From: a virus
Reading direction: 5' to 3' (one strand)
Length of the DNA stretch: 64,000 bases
UHGV virus genome: UHGV-1351068
Part shown: one piece after another, positions 17,385 to 27,815 of the stretch
Layout of the letters: each line of letters opens with the position of its first letter
Numbering within the stretch: the first letter of the stretch is position 1
Position numbers and translations under genes: made by a program
The notes under the pieces: model-generated
Database searches by the model: none
What the model saw: the letters and a program-made list of their open reading frames with translations, nothing else
Told to the model about the DNA's origin: nothing

Positions 17385-18028
17385 TACAGTTCCTTAATAG
17401 AGCGGATAATTTTCTCGATGTTTTCAGCGTTACGAGTAATATCCAAGTAAGTATTGCCTGTTGCAGCTACACGGCAAGACATTCCGAGGTCAGTGAAGTG
17501 TTTCTGATGCTCTTCAGAAATCTTGTAACCGAAGATACGGAAAGTACCTTTGTTATTAACTTCAAGACTACGAATACCGAAGGTGCGTTTTTCCAGAACT
17601 GCAATGTAGTTGCTGCGGTAAACAGTCAGTTCTTTCAGAGGTAAGATATCTTCCATCTCACCAAGAAGTTTCATCATCAGGTCTTTGTGCTCATTCATAT
17701 CTTCAGTCAGAGGACGAGCTTTACGAGTATTGCGTTTCTTCAGAAGTTCAGGCTTGTTCTCTTCTGCATAGATAACTGCAGCTTTAGAGATGATGTCCTG
17801 TGCTTCACCAGTGATGATTAAACCGTCACCAGATTTCTCGATGAGACCTTTCTTAATCAGAACACCGATGTTTGAGTTAACAGAACTTGCATTCATGGCG
17901 TCTTCAAGGATTTCACGCAGTTCAGCAGAAGTGATGAAATCCTTTTTAGCTACCTGAACCAGGATAGCAGCAGTTTTCTCGTTCAGAGCATCTTCGGAAG
18001 CTTTGATGATGTAAGTTACTTTAGACAT
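17384..18028 (-). CDS. motA: MotA middle-promoter transcription activator
   Basis: 214 aa. MSKVTYIIKAS.D.LNEKTA...SNIGVLIKKGL(I/V)EKSGDGLIITGEAQDIIS...FGYK...FTD(L/I)GMSC nearly identical to T4 MotA (211 aa). Confidence 0.93.
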   Translation of the reverse strand: MSKVTYIIKASEDALNEKTAAILVQVAKKDFITSAELREILEDAMNASSVNSNIGVLIKKGLIEKSGDGLIITGEAQDIISKAAVIYAEENKPELLKKRNTRKARPLTEDMNEHKDLMMKLLGEMEDILPLKELTVYRSNYIAVLEKRTFGIRSLEVNNKGTFRIFGYKISEEHQKHFTDLGMSCRVAATGNTYLDITRNAENIEKIIRSIKEL

Positions 18029-18069
18029 TGTGATTCTCCATGATGTTTTATTCAGTTTGTTTGGTATGA

Positions 18070-18104
18070 GACTATAATATCATCTGCTAACCAGCTTGTA
18101 AACC
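18070..18104 (-). promoter_or_regulatory. Early promoter for motA (GTTTAC -35 / TGATATTATAGTC -10 on minus strand)
   Basis: Repeated early-promoter family member 40-70 nt upstream of the motA ATG. Confidence 0.5.
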
Positions 18105-18152
18105 ATTTTATTCTGCTCTCTGAAAAATTTTCTTCAAAGAGCAGTAAAAATG

Positions 18153-18416
18153 CTATACGTTAAAGATCAAGAACTTATCTCCATTCTCAAGTTTAAGCAC
18201 CCAGAAATCATCATATACACAAAGAACGACTTGGTACTCTTCACCGTCTTCATAGTTACTTGCTTGAATTACCTGACGCATAGGATACTCGTGATTAACT
18301 TCGAACTCATCGAGCACCACAATGTTACCTTTGACATAGTGGCTCAGTCGAGTGCCATCAGCTTGAGTAGAAATATAAAGAATGTTTTTGATATCAGATT
18401 TTAATGATGTGATCAT
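18153..18416 (-). CDS. hypothetical protein (87 aa)
   Basis: ATG start, preceded by its own early promoter (18445-18478). Confidence 0.45.
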   Translation of the reverse strand: MITSLKSDIKNILYISTQADGTRLSHYVKGNIVVLDEFEVNHEYPMRQVIQASNYEDGEEYQVVLCVYDDFWVLKLENGDKFLIFNV

Positions 18417-18444
18417 TTTGTTTTACTCCGTGTTGTTTTGATAT

Positions 18445-18478
18445 GGCTATAATACCACAGCTATGTAAGCATGTAAAC
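18445..18478 (-). promoter_or_regulatory. Early promoter (GTTTAC ... TGGTATTATAGCC)
   Basis: Repeated family member upstream of ORF 18153-18416. Confidence 0.45.
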
Positions 18479-18643
18479 AACTTTGTGAAAATAATTTGGG
18501 GCATTCTAAGGAAGGATTTTGGAGGGATATAGATTTATATGGAAGGACCTGGAGATGACCTCCAGGTTCCCTAGATTAACTGAGGAGCAATAAAACTAGA
18601 CCTAATACGGCAATTACAGAACCTATAATTAAATAAAATTCTA

Positions 18644-20032
18644 TCATAATTCTTCCAGGTCTTTCAGATACTCGGCTTCGGGCGTTGTCTTTTCCCAGTA
18701 CTTAACTTCTTGCGCCAGACGTTTTGCTTCCTGAGCAAGTTTCTTCGCTTCATCATCAGTGATGTGATAGATATTCATTGAAACGAGTTTTTCAGAATGG
18801 TCTTTGAATAGTTCATTTTGTTCAATTTCTTTAGTCAGTTGCTTGCGAGTTTTACCTTGGATAACGATGTTACCTGCGATAACCTCTTTGATAAATTGAG
18901 CTTTTGCCTGAGCAAGATTAAACGCCTGCTTAGTTTCAGCGATTTTATGCTCGATTCGTTTGGCAGTGAATGTCTTACGGACTTCTACGAAATGACGAAT
19001 TAACTCACCTGAAGTTTTGAACTTATCGTTCAGTTTACCGTTCTCGTCGATGACTACTATGTACTGGCTCATTTTCTCAATGAGTTTAAAATCCTTCATG
19101 ATTTTAGCATGACGCTGCTCAGGGTCATCGCTTAAAGCATAGTCTTTACGGAATTTAACCTTAAAGCCAAAGCCAGTCTTAGAACAGTCATCATCATATG
19201 TGATGTATCCTGCATCTTCCAGAGGATCAAGTACTTTCTCTACATAAGAAGCACGTTCAAACTTATATGGAATTTCGCTGATATAGATCGAGTTCCGTGA
19301 AGTTTCTTTATACACGCCATGCAGTTCAACAGAGCCATCTTCTGTCTGAACGATTTTTCCGTTAAATTTAGGGAACTGAACCTCAGGTTCCATCATTTCA
19401 CCACGAAGAGCCGCTTTAGTGCATTCCAAAACAGATTCAAAACTATGCGGAAGAATAGAAGTTGAATAACCTGTTGCAATACCGCGAACGCCATTCAGAA
19501 GAACAGTCGGAATTACCGGCAGATAATATGCGGGCGGAACGTGTTCTTTGTCTTTATGCACCGGAGCGATTTCTGTGTCTTTGTAGATTTTACGGAAGTT
19601 GTCAGAAATCCGACAGAAAATATAACGACTTGCCGCAGCAGATTGAACCAAACGAGAACCGAAGTTACCTTGTCCATCTAATAGAGGATAGTTGTTATTC
19701 CATGTGTTTGCCATCAATGCACCAGCATCTTGAGCAGAGGTTTCGCCATGATGATATCCTAAATCAGCTACACCACCGGCGACAGACGCAAGCTTATGGA
19801 ATTTTTCTTTATTACCACGAGCTAAATCAAGAGCCCGAGCAATAACAAAACGCTGTACAGGTTTAAACCCATCAATCAAGTTCGGAATAGCACGGTTTTC
19901 TACAGTGTAAATCGCATACTCTTTTGCTTCATTATCAATGATAGATTTCAAATCGCGATGACGAAGATTTGATGCCTTAGCCAAATCATCGATAGAACCT
20001 GCTTGTTTTAATAGAGTGTCAAAAATATCCAT
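18644..20032 (-). CDS. 52: gp52 DNA topoisomerase II medium subunit (GyrA-like cleavage-religation domain)
   Basis: Track start is TTG; trimmed to ATG (MDIFDTLL...). ...RDLKSIIDNEA...YTVENRAIPN(L/M)IDGFKPVQRFVIARALDLARGNK.KFHKLAS.AGGVADLGYHHGE.SAQDAGALMANTWNNN.PLLDGQGNFGSR matches T4 gp52. Confidence 0.92.
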   Translation of the reverse strand: MDIFDTLLKQAGSIDDLAKASNLRHRDLKSIIDNEAKEYAIYTVENRAIPNLIDGFKPVQRFVIARALDLARGNKEKFHKLASVAGGVADLGYHHGETSAQDAGALMANTWNNNYPLLDGQGNFGSRLVQSAAASRYIFCRISDNFRKIYKDTEIAPVHKDKEHVPPAYYLPVIPTVLLNGVRGIATGYSTSILPHSFESVLECTKAALRGEMMEPEVQFPKFNGKIVQTEDGSVELHGVYKETSRNSIYISEIPYKFERASYVEKVLDPLEDAGYITYDDDCSKTGFGFKVKFRKDYALSDDPEQRHAKIMKDFKLIEKMSQYIVVIDENGKLNDKFKTSGELIRHFVEVRKTFTAKRIEHKIAETKQAFNLAQAKAQFIKEVIAGNIVIQGKTRKQLTKEIEQNELFKDHSEKLVSMNIYHITDDEAKKLAQEAKRLAQEVKYWEKTTPEAEYLKDLEEL

Positions 20033-20037
20033 TGTAC

Positions 20038-20178
20038 CTACCAAATTAGTGAGCCGATTTGTACTATAACATCGGAAATGAAAAGCACAATATAAATCAT
20101 CCCGTAAATCATTCCATAGTACAAAATTAAAAGCAAAGCGGCTACTAAAGCCGCTCCAATCAAAATTTTCTTAATCAT
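20038..20178 (-). CDS. small membrane peptide (46 aa)
   Basis: MIKKILIGAALVAALLLILYYGMIYGMIYIVLFISDVIVQIGSLIW. Overlaps the preceding ORF and ends a few nt inside the gene 52 start region. Confidence 0.3.
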   Translation of the reverse strand: MIKKILIGAALVAALLLILYYGMIYGMIYIVLFISDVIVQIGSLIW

Positions 20179-20314
20179 TGGAAAAGGCTGCTATAATAAG
20201 AATAATTGATAAAGTTCCTTGCGCTAACGCCTGCGAAATAACAGAAGTTTCACCGGTAGTCAATGTCGATACGCATAGAGCAGCCCAAATTCCGCCAGCA
20301 ATTCCTTTAATCAT
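20171..20314 (-). CDS. small membrane peptide (47 aa)
   Basis: MIKGIAGGIWAALCVSTLTTGETSVISQALAQGTLSIILIIAAFSND. ATGA overlap with the preceding peptide ORF. Confidence 0.3.
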   Translation of the reverse strand: MIKGIAGGIWAALCVSTLTTGETSVISQALAQGTLSIILIIAAFSND

Positions 20315-20484
20315 TTGTAAACTCCTACAATTTTACAAATGCGCTCAAACATAATAAATGCTGCAGTGAACGCAATGCTTCCGATTACTTTAGTGGTAGG
20401 CACGAGGCCATACCACATGAATGTTCCTGAGCAAATCATTAGGGCCATCAGAAACACATAGCCCATCACGAAGAAGGTTCTCAT
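20311..20484 (-). CDS. small membrane peptide (57 aa; ac/52.1-region)
   Basis: Hand-translated: MRTFFVMGYVFLMALMICSGTFMWYGLVPTTKVIGSIAFTAAFIMFERICKIVGVYK. ATG overlaps the ndd stop (TAATG). Two predicted TM helices. Confidence 0.35.
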   Translation of the reverse strand: MRTFFVMGYVFLMALMICSGTFMWYGLVPTTKVIGSIAFTAAFIMFERICKIVGVYK

Positions 20485-20939
20485 TAGTATTTCTGCAAAG
20501 TAAAGATGAAGTTATCATTCAGAATACGATTCAGCTCAGAGTAGGTCTGCGCGGCGCTTGAATGCTGACGAGTAAACGCCAGTGCAAGTTGACCTTTGCC
20601 ATAACCGGTGGTGAGCGGTTTCATTTTATTGGCAGGAATCCAGAACACACCGTAGGTCATGCAATTCGAGCGCAGAGTACGACCCAACTGAGAACGTCCA
20701 GAACGGATATGAGAAAGAACACTTTCAAATCCTGCCTTTGAACGCTGTTTAGCTACAAAGAAACGAGCAGATGCACCAATATAACCTGCTTTGCCATCAT
20801 TGAACATCAAAAAATAAAATCCTTCGCGCTCAGTAATTTCACGAGATGGAGCACCTGCTGCCCAATCACCGTTACGAATAGAACCGATCAGTTCTGCACC
20901 AGCATTATCGAGATCAGCAAAAGTCATAATATTACGCAT
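20484..20939 (-). CDS. ndd: Ndd nucleoid disruption protein (probable)
   Basis: 151 aa, the same length as T4 Ndd. Conserved position between 52 and the rII genes. C-terminal KMKPLTTGYGKGQLALAFTR matches what I recall of T4 Ndd. Confidence 0.7.
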   Translation of the reverse strand: MRNIMTFADLDNAGAELIGSIRNGDWAAGAPSREITEREGFYFLMFNDGKAGYIGASARFFVAKQRSKAGFESVLSHIRSGRSQLGRTLRSNCMTYGVFWIPANKMKPLTTGYGKGQLALAFTRQHSSAAQTYSELNRILNDNFIFTLQKY

Positions 20940-20977
20940 GTTAATTTCCTCAGTTGATTAAAGTTTATTCTCCGATA

Positions 20978-20993
20978 AGGGGCCGAAGCCCCT
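20978..20993. terminator. GC tetraloop hairpin (aggggc-cgaa-gcccct)
   Basis: Perfect 6-bp stem with CGAA loop, between a 28-aa peptide ORF and ndd. Confidence 0.4.
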
Positions 20994-21083
20994 CTTATTA
21001 CCAAAATACTACTACCACTGTCACGATACCAACCCAAAATGCAAGAAGACCCGAAGCCAACAGACGATATACAATGTGTCGTT

Positions 21084-21275
21084 TCATTTTTGACCTTCCC
21101 ATACGGTTTCTACTAAAGATTTAAGGCCATCGGTCTGAATAATATCCACCGCTTGAATAGCAAAATAAATTCCGAACCCGAATATAGCAACAATTCCCAG
21201 CGCTACCGCAACGATAAAGGACAGAACAACAGTTCTCATTAAGTTAAAGCGACGATCAAAACTACTACGAATCAT
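21084..21275 (-). CDS. small membrane protein (63 aa)
   Basis: Trimmed to the SD-preceded ATG (MIRSSFDRRF...VVLSFIVAVALGIVAIFGFGIYFAIQ). One TM helix. Confidence 0.4.
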   Translation of the reverse strand: MIRSSFDRRFNLMRTVVLSFIVAVALGIVAIFGFGIYFAIQAVDIIQTDGLKSLVETVWEGQK

Positions 21276-21427
21276 TATATTTTCCTCAGATGAAAGCATT
21301 AATCCAAACGTTAACTAAATCCCATGTGAAAACACCAATGAAAGTAACGATAAGGCAGAATACTACAAAGGTGTTCTTCAAAATCGTGAGTAACTTTTTC
21401 ATTTTTGTTCTCCAGTTTAGCTAACAA

Positions 21428-21460
21428 GATTATAGTATCACCGAAGAAAAGGAAAGTAAA

Positions 21461-21461
<1 letters not shown>
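21428..21461 (-). promoter_or_regulatory. Early promoter (GTTTAC / TGATACTATAATC) at the 3' end of dam, driving the small peptide genes and ndd
   Basis: Repeated early-promoter family member. Confidence 0.45.
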
Positions 21462-22818
<1,357 letters not shown>

Positions 22819-22842
22819 GATATACTCCTCAAATTTATAGGA

Positions 22843-22873
22843 GTATAGTATCACTGAAGAACAGTAAAGTAAA
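22843..22873 (-). promoter_or_regulatory. Early promoter for the nuclease-dam operon
   Basis: gtatagtatca ... gtaaac family member about 25 nt upstream of the SD/ATG at 22818. Confidence 0.5.
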
Positions 22874-22876
22874 CCG

Positions 22877-23116
22877 TTAAATGCACAAGTTACGAATTTT
22901 TTCTTCTAAGGCTTTAACTTTATCTTTATGCTCATCACGGGCAGCAGCGGCTCCATTGGGATACAATCCACCGTAAGTTGAATCGCCATTATCACAAGCA
23001 ATGATAGCATAATGCCAATTCATAGATTCGAGAATTCTATACTCTTTCAAAAGCTCAGCTTTAATAGAAGCATTTCCGCGTTTGGCTCGAAGTGATTTTA
23101 GCTCTAAGTAACTCAT
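22877..23116 (-). CDS. hypothetical protein (79 aa)
   Basis: ATG start. Own early promoter at 23144-23174. Confidence 0.45.
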   Translation of the reverse strand: MSYLELKSLRAKRGNASIKAELLKEYRILESMNWHYAIIACDNGDSTYGGLYPNGAAAARDEHKDKVKALEEKIRNLCI

Positions 23117-23143
23117 GTTTTACTCCCGTTCAATTTGTATGGC

Positions 23144-23174
23144 CATAGTATCATGGCCAATCCCGGAAGTAAAC
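23144..23174 (-). promoter_or_regulatory. Early promoter (GTTTAC ... TGATACTATGGCC)
   Basis: Repeated family member. Confidence 0.45.
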
Positions 23175-23180
23175 AACTTT

Positions 23181-23768
23181 TTAAAATTTGTGCATGATAT
23201 ACCCGCCAGCTCCAACACGTGAAGGTTTTACTACTTCCATGAGCTGTTCGATACCGCCAGCAAACATTGGTGCGTACTGTATGACATTCTGGGACACTTC
23301 TTCTGCAACGAATATAATTATACAGTCTGCGACTTTATGTTTAAACATGGGCCCTAGATTTATTCCACTTCCATCTGGGAATGGACCATCTTTACCTGTC
23401 GTAACATTAATCCATGGCTTATGATTTGCTCGGTCATGAACAAAGTGTGTTTTAACTTCAACTCTAACACCTTGGTAGTAGGGATGAGCTAGTACGTCCC
23501 AGGCCCATTCATACGGATCGTTGTTATTATGGTCAACAACTTGATCGTTTACGTATCCATCAAGAAAATCCGCTACCACATACTCTGCCGGTATAGCAAT
23601 TCTACATCTTTTAAGAACATCAATTCTGTCTTGAGATGGATCGATATCTAAGCTATATCTGGCAGTATCAATGATTTTTACTTTTGCTTCACCCCTTAGC
23701 TTATTCAAATCTAGGGTAAATGTCCGGAGTTGGTTCAATCTCTGCAGGGCTTTGTTCATCAATGCCAT
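23181..23768 (-). CDS. hypothetical protein, about 195 aa, in the denB (endonuclease IV) map position
   Basis: Track ORF trimmed to the internal ATG (MALMNKALQRL...). Size (195 aa) and position between ndd and rIIB resemble T4 denB (185 aa). Sequence identity could not be verified. Confidence 0.45.
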   Translation of the reverse strand: MALMNKALQRLNQLRTFTLDLNKLRGEAKVKIIDTARYSLDIDPSQDRIDVLKRCRIAIPAEYVVADFLDGYVNDQVVDHNNNDPYEWAWDVLAHPYYQGVRVEVKTHFVHDRANHKPWINVTTGKDGPFPDGSGINLGPMFKHKVADCIIIFVAEEVSQNVIQYAPMFAGGIEQLMEVVKPSRVGAGGYIMHKF

Positions 23769-23997
23769 AAATTCCTCTGATATGTAATTCACCAAAATAA
23801 ACACGATCGTCGTGGTTACAAGTGTCTGGTTCCACAACAAAATCATCACCAAGTTCTACAAGTTCATCACAGTGCAACCAAGCATAGTGAACATCACCTT
23901 CATGTTTAACCACATGATGACAAAATACCGTAGCAGCATGATGAGTACCACGAAGATTAACAACTTTAGAATGAGATACGTTAAATGGATTAATCAT
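23701..23997 (-). CDS. hypothetical protein (98 aa; denB.1 position)
   Basis: His/Asp-rich. Overlaps the following ORF in another frame. Exact start uncertain. Confidence 0.35.
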   Translation of the reverse strand: MINPFNVSHSKVVNLRGTHHAATVFCHHVVKHEGDVHYAWLHCDELVELGDDFVVEPDTCNHDDRVYFGELHIRGIYGIDEQSPAEIEPTPDIYPRFE

Positions 23998-24016
23998 GTT
24001 TCACCCATAATAAAAG

Positions 24017-24034
24017 AGGAGCCCGAAGGCTCCT
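24017..24034 (-). terminator. Rho-independent terminator after rIIB (aggagcc-cgaa-ggctcct + CTTTTATTA on minus strand)
   Basis: 7-bp stem, CGAA loop, T-rich tail on the minus strand immediately after the rIIB stop. Confidence 0.55.
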
Positions 24035-24039
24035 TATAA

Positions 24040-24951
24040 TTAGCGAAGTTCTGAACCCCAACGATCGGTTACATCTTCAAGTACTACATAACCACATGTA
24101 CGCATTTTAGCATCGTTGTAATCAACCGGGATAGATACTACATCACGTGGATGAACTTTAACTGAAACGATACGATCGGAACCACTACCGAAGTGACCGA
24201 TGTAAGATTTAGAGCAGACATGCAGACCTGCGGAACAAGTACGCTGATCATCTTCATCTACCTGGTTACGCGGCATTGTAACAGTTTTACCCGGAGAGTT
24301 ATCAAAGGTGTTTGAAGCACAATCGAAGTAATTGGAACGAACTACTTTCCAACCAATGAAGTGGCCATCATCAGTGATGTCGATATCGTTTGCGTTCAGG
24401 AAATCAAACAGACGATAAACTGCACGACGAGATGGGTTCAGCATCAGGTTTTCCAGGAAAGGCAGATAACGTTTAAAGTCTTCGCCATCTTCCATAGCTC
24501 GAACGATACGCTCAGTCAGACCAGATTTCAGCTCGATATCTTTATAGAACAAAGTACCATCTTCAATTCGGACGTTACCCTGAACGAATTTCTTGATGCC
24601 TTGTTCCAGGTTAATGTGGTCAATAGCACCAGCGATATCACCATCTACAAGTTTCTGCAGTGCAGATTTAAACCCGGGATGTTGACTATCAGCGTTATAA
24701 GTAGTACGGCCTTCAGTAATTGAAATGAATTTGGAACTTGCTGCCCATTTAAATTCACGCTCAACTGGAGCTTCTACTTTAGCAGGAACAGCTGCCGCGG
24801 CAGCTCGAGCTTCACGCTCTTTAAACACACGCCGAATGGTGTCACGGGAAACACCATAATTCTCGGCGAGTTCTTTCTTAGTGTACAGACCGTTTTTGAA
24901 GTTTTTAACGATTGCATCTTTTTGGATTTCAGACAGACAGGTAACAGCCAT
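24040..24951 (-). CDS. rIIB: rIIB membrane-associated protein
   Basis: 303 aa (T4 312). Immediately downstream of rIIA with adjacent stop/start. Confidence 0.8.
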   Translation of the reverse strand: MAVTCLSEIQKDAIVKNFKNGLYTKKELAENYGVSRDTIRRVFKEREARAAAAAVPAKVEAPVEREFKWAASSKFISITEGRTTYNADSQHPGFKSALQKLVDGDIAGAIDHINLEQGIKKFVQGNVRIEDGTLFYKDIELKSGLTERIVRAMEDGEDFKRYLPFLENLMLNPSRRAVYRLFDFLNANDIDITDDGHFIGWKVVRSNYFDCASNTFDNSPGKTVTMPRNQVDEDDQRTCSAGLHVCSKSYIGHFGSGSDRIVSVKVHPRDVVSIPVDYNDAKMRTCGYVVLEDVTDRWGSELR

Positions 24952-27120
24952 TTATTCACCTTTATTTTCAGAATTTTGAGTAGAAGCTCCATCAAGGAGC
25001 TCCATGATTTTTACGATATCATCGACGAGTTTGCTGTCAGTCCGCCAAGTATCCAAGACACTTGCGATGACAGGATAATCATCTTTAAACTGTTCAATCT
25101 TTTTATAGAAGATTGTCTCAGCATCACTAGACAGTTTATTATAAATTTTATTACATAAAGCTAAATCATCGTTTTCATCTTTGATTTTACTTGTACGACA
25201 AACCTTAGCGATTTTGTTTAGTTTTGTCAGGAACGGATTTTTCATTCCAGACGCAGTAAACTTACTCGACAAGAAATTCAATTTATCGTAATGCGCAATA
25301 TTTCCACAGATACGGTTTCCAGTAGCATTTGATGGCATGTACTGGTCGTAATCTACCTTATCAATACACTTGATGTATTGGTCAATAATAAACCGGTCAA
25401 ATGAAAGCAATCCATCAGCTTTTGTCGCGGCTTTCATAGCACTCGGACGAATTGCATAGAATTTCTTAATTCCACATGCTTCTGCCAAAGAACGCATATC
25501 TGTGATGCTCATATTCCACCACCAAACATTATCTGGGAAAGTGTGGATTTCATCACGATTGCGACCGATAGCATAGCCTTCAAGCTCAGTAATTTCAGAT
25601 GATACTAAAGTCTGACGGTCTTCTTCCCAGTACCCGTCTTTATCAATCCAATGCAGAGAAACATTTGGTGATTTAGGACGTTTCTCTTTTGGACCAGTGT
25701 CGTAATCAGGAAGAGCTTTTCTCTGGGCTTCAAGTTCAGACACACGGAATACTACAACTTCATCAGTATCCATGATTTTCTTCAGCTCATCAATGACATG
25801 TAATTCATCTTCATTGTCTTTGATTACGGTAATGTGTGCCCAGATTGGAACTAACCCAGATTTACACAGAGCACGAACCGTAGCAATACGCTTACCCGCT
25901 TTATCGTCAATAAGAACAAACGCTTTAGTTCTATCAACCCCGCAAATATCAGAAATGTTTACTTGGTTATGACGATGCCAAGAACTGCTTGACACTTTAC
26001 GACGAGCAGGTTCATCGCATGAAACATAAACTGATACTTCGTTATCTACATAATATGAACGAATTTTATCAAGATTATACTTCGCAACTACTTGTTTAAT
26101 ATCGCGGTTCCCAATGGTAATACCGCGGCTCTGAAGAATAGAGCGTTCCTTAGAACTCAGCTTATTGAACTCACGCAGGAATTCACGGTCAGATTCATAC
26201 GCTTCAAACGCTTTAATATCTGCGGTAATTACCTCTTCTTCAAGAGCATTCACACGCTTCTGGATATTAGCAATTGTTTCTTCGTCAAGAGAAAGCTCTT
26301 CACGAGATGGAGTGATATCCAATTCACCCAGTGGGAAATGAACATAAACCTTACCATAGCGATTAAGCAGCCAATCTGCCTTAACATCTACACCGCTGAT
26401 AGGATATACGATTTTTCCATAAACCGCGTACAGACCATAACTTTCGTAAGAGCTATTAACGCTGAACCAATCAGTTTTATCTACTGGGAAATATTCAATT
26501 TCACGGCGAAGAGAATCTACCTTTGGAGGTACAGCACCAAATGTACGCAAAATATATGCGATTTCATAATGCCAAGTATCAATATCTTCTACTTTAACCG
26601 GAACTGTAATTTCAAGACCAGTTTCTTCGTCTTCTTTCATATCATCGACAAACATCGGACGAATAGTAGGTTCACCACGGTTTTTCATGACAGTATAACC
26701 GGTGGCTTTACCATTATGATATGATACTACGTTAAATGTACTTGTATAGCTTAAAGGCGATTTAGAACCAAGACCAAGAGCACCGATGAAATCATTACTG
26801 TTATTCTTTGTGGATTCAAAGAACGTTTTATACATCGTCATCATGTCATTATGATTAAGACCTGGACCATAATCACGAATTACAAATCGTGGGTCAAGAC
26901 GAGTTGGTGCTTTGATGTAAAATGGACGATTTTCATTACCGTTCAGTTTATGAGCATCATCACAGTTAGTAGAAAGTTCACGAACAACGGCACGAACTTT
27001 ATACTTATAAAGTTTATTCGACAAAATGTCAAAAGCTTTACCTGAAGCTTTAATGGTAAACGTTGAATCCTCAGCGTCAGAAGAACCAATAATTACTTCA
27101 TCATCACATTTAATTTTCAT
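24952..27120 (-). CDS. rIIA: rIIA (HATPase_c-type ATP-binding protein)
   Basis: 722 aa (T4 725). N-terminal GHKL ATPase-like motifs (ELSTNCDDAH ... DYGPGL ... GALGLGSKS). Position between 39 and rIIB. Confidence 0.9.
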   Translation of the reverse strand: MKIKCDDEVIIGSSDAEDSTFTIKASGKAFDILSNKLYKYKVRAVVRELSTNCDDAHKLNGNENRPFYIKAPTRLDPRFVIRDYGPGLNHNDMMTMYKTFFESTKNNSNDFIGALGLGSKSPLSYTSTFNVVSYHNGKATGYTVMKNRGEPTIRPMFVDDMKEDEETGLEITVPVKVEDIDTWHYEIAYILRTFGAVPPKVDSLRREIEYFPVDKTDWFSVNSSYESYGLYAVYGKIVYPISGVDVKADWLLNRYGKVYVHFPLGELDITPSREELSLDEETIANIQKRVNALEEEVITADIKAFEAYESDREFLREFNKLSSKERSILQSRGITIGNRDIKQVVAKYNLDKIRSYYVDNEVSVYVSCDEPARRKVSSSSWHRHNQVNISDICGVDRTKAFVLIDDKAGKRIATVRALCKSGLVPIWAHITVIKDNEDELHVIDELKKIMDTDEVVVFRVSELEAQRKALPDYDTGPKEKRPKSPNVSLHWIDKDGYWEEDRQTLVSSEITELEGYAIGRNRDEIHTFPDNVWWWNMSITDMRSLAEACGIKKFYAIRPSAMKAATKADGLLSFDRFIIDQYIKCIDKVDYDQYMPSNATGNRICGNIAHYDKLNFLSSKFTASGMKNPFLTKLNKIAKVCRTSKIKDENDDLALCNKIYNKLSSDAETIFYKKIEQFKDDYPVIASVLDTWRTDSKLVDDIVKIMELLDGASTQNSENKGE

Positions 27121-27130
27121 TTTATTCCTA

Positions 27131-27340
27131 TCAATTGTGTCGTTTAATGATTTCTGCTACTTCAAGGAGCTCTTCAGCAGTAGCGGTGTTAGTTGTAAAA
27201 ATTTTATCACTGATTTGTTTAAAGCGGTCTTTGAATTCCTCTGCTGCTTGGATATCAAAGAAACGTTGGATGATACGATACTCTCGGTATATAGCATCAT
27301 CAAATAATTCTTTATTTGGAACATAACTTTTCTTTAGCAT
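27131..27340 (-). CDS. hypothetical protein (69 aa; rIIA.1 position)
   Basis: ATG start. Confidence 0.4.
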   Translation of the reverse strand: MLKKSYVPNKELFDDAIYREYRIIQRFFDIQAAEEFKDRFKQISDKIFTTNTATAEELLEVAEIIKRHN

Positions 27341-27582
27341 TTTACTGCTCCTGACGATTTAATCACTTTGACCATGTCAGCAATTTTAATATCAGGACGT
27401 AAAAAGCGTATCACTTTCATAGCAAAAAGGCTGTGATTAATAGGGACACTCTGGTTACTTTCCAAACGGTCAGCTATAGAATTTAATAACCGTTTGATTA
27501 AAAGTTCTTGGTATTCATTGGAGGGGTCGACTGAGTATTTTAGTGCCTCAGTGCGGAGTATTGAAATGATAGTTGACTTCAT
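27334..27582 (-). CDS. hypothetical protein (82 aa)
   Basis: Trimmed: the track ORF runs through a terminator hairpin. ATG with SD AGGAA sits just downstream of that hairpin (MKSTIISILRTEALKY...). Confidence 0.4.
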   Translation of the reverse strand: MKSTIISILRTEALKYSVDPSNEYQELLIKRLLNSIADRLESNQSVPINHSLFAMKVIRFLRPDIKIADMVKVIKSSGAVKC

Positions 27583-27600
27583 AATAATTTCCTCAGAAAA

Positions 27601-27618
27601 GAGGGGCCGAAGCCCCTC
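27601..27618 (-). terminator. Rho-independent terminator (gaggggc-ttcg-gcccctc + TTTTC on minus strand)
   Basis: 7-bp perfect stem with UUCG loop. A possible 50-aa ORF (27623-27775) lies between gene 39 and this hairpin. Confidence 0.5.
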
Positions 27619-27815
27619 GGGATTAATGCACTCTGCTAACGCGGCCATACACCTCATGTTTAGAACCATCCGAGTTTTCCACCCAGATAGTAACCCAAGT
27701 ACCAGGGAGAGGTTTCTTTTCGGCAAACATGTATCCGTAATCGCCTGAGACCAAAGTAATCCAATAACGTTGCATAGTAATTCCTTCTATAGCAGGGCAA
27801 TATTACCCGTACTAT

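Noticed and set aside
27494-27748. Plus-strand ORF 27494-27748 and the 130-aa minus ORF 27334-27726 spanning the gaggggccgaagcccctc hairpin
   Set aside because: Both frames read through a perfect terminator hairpin. The minus-strand gene most plausibly starts after the hairpin at 27582 (SD + ATG). The plus ORF is antisense to it.
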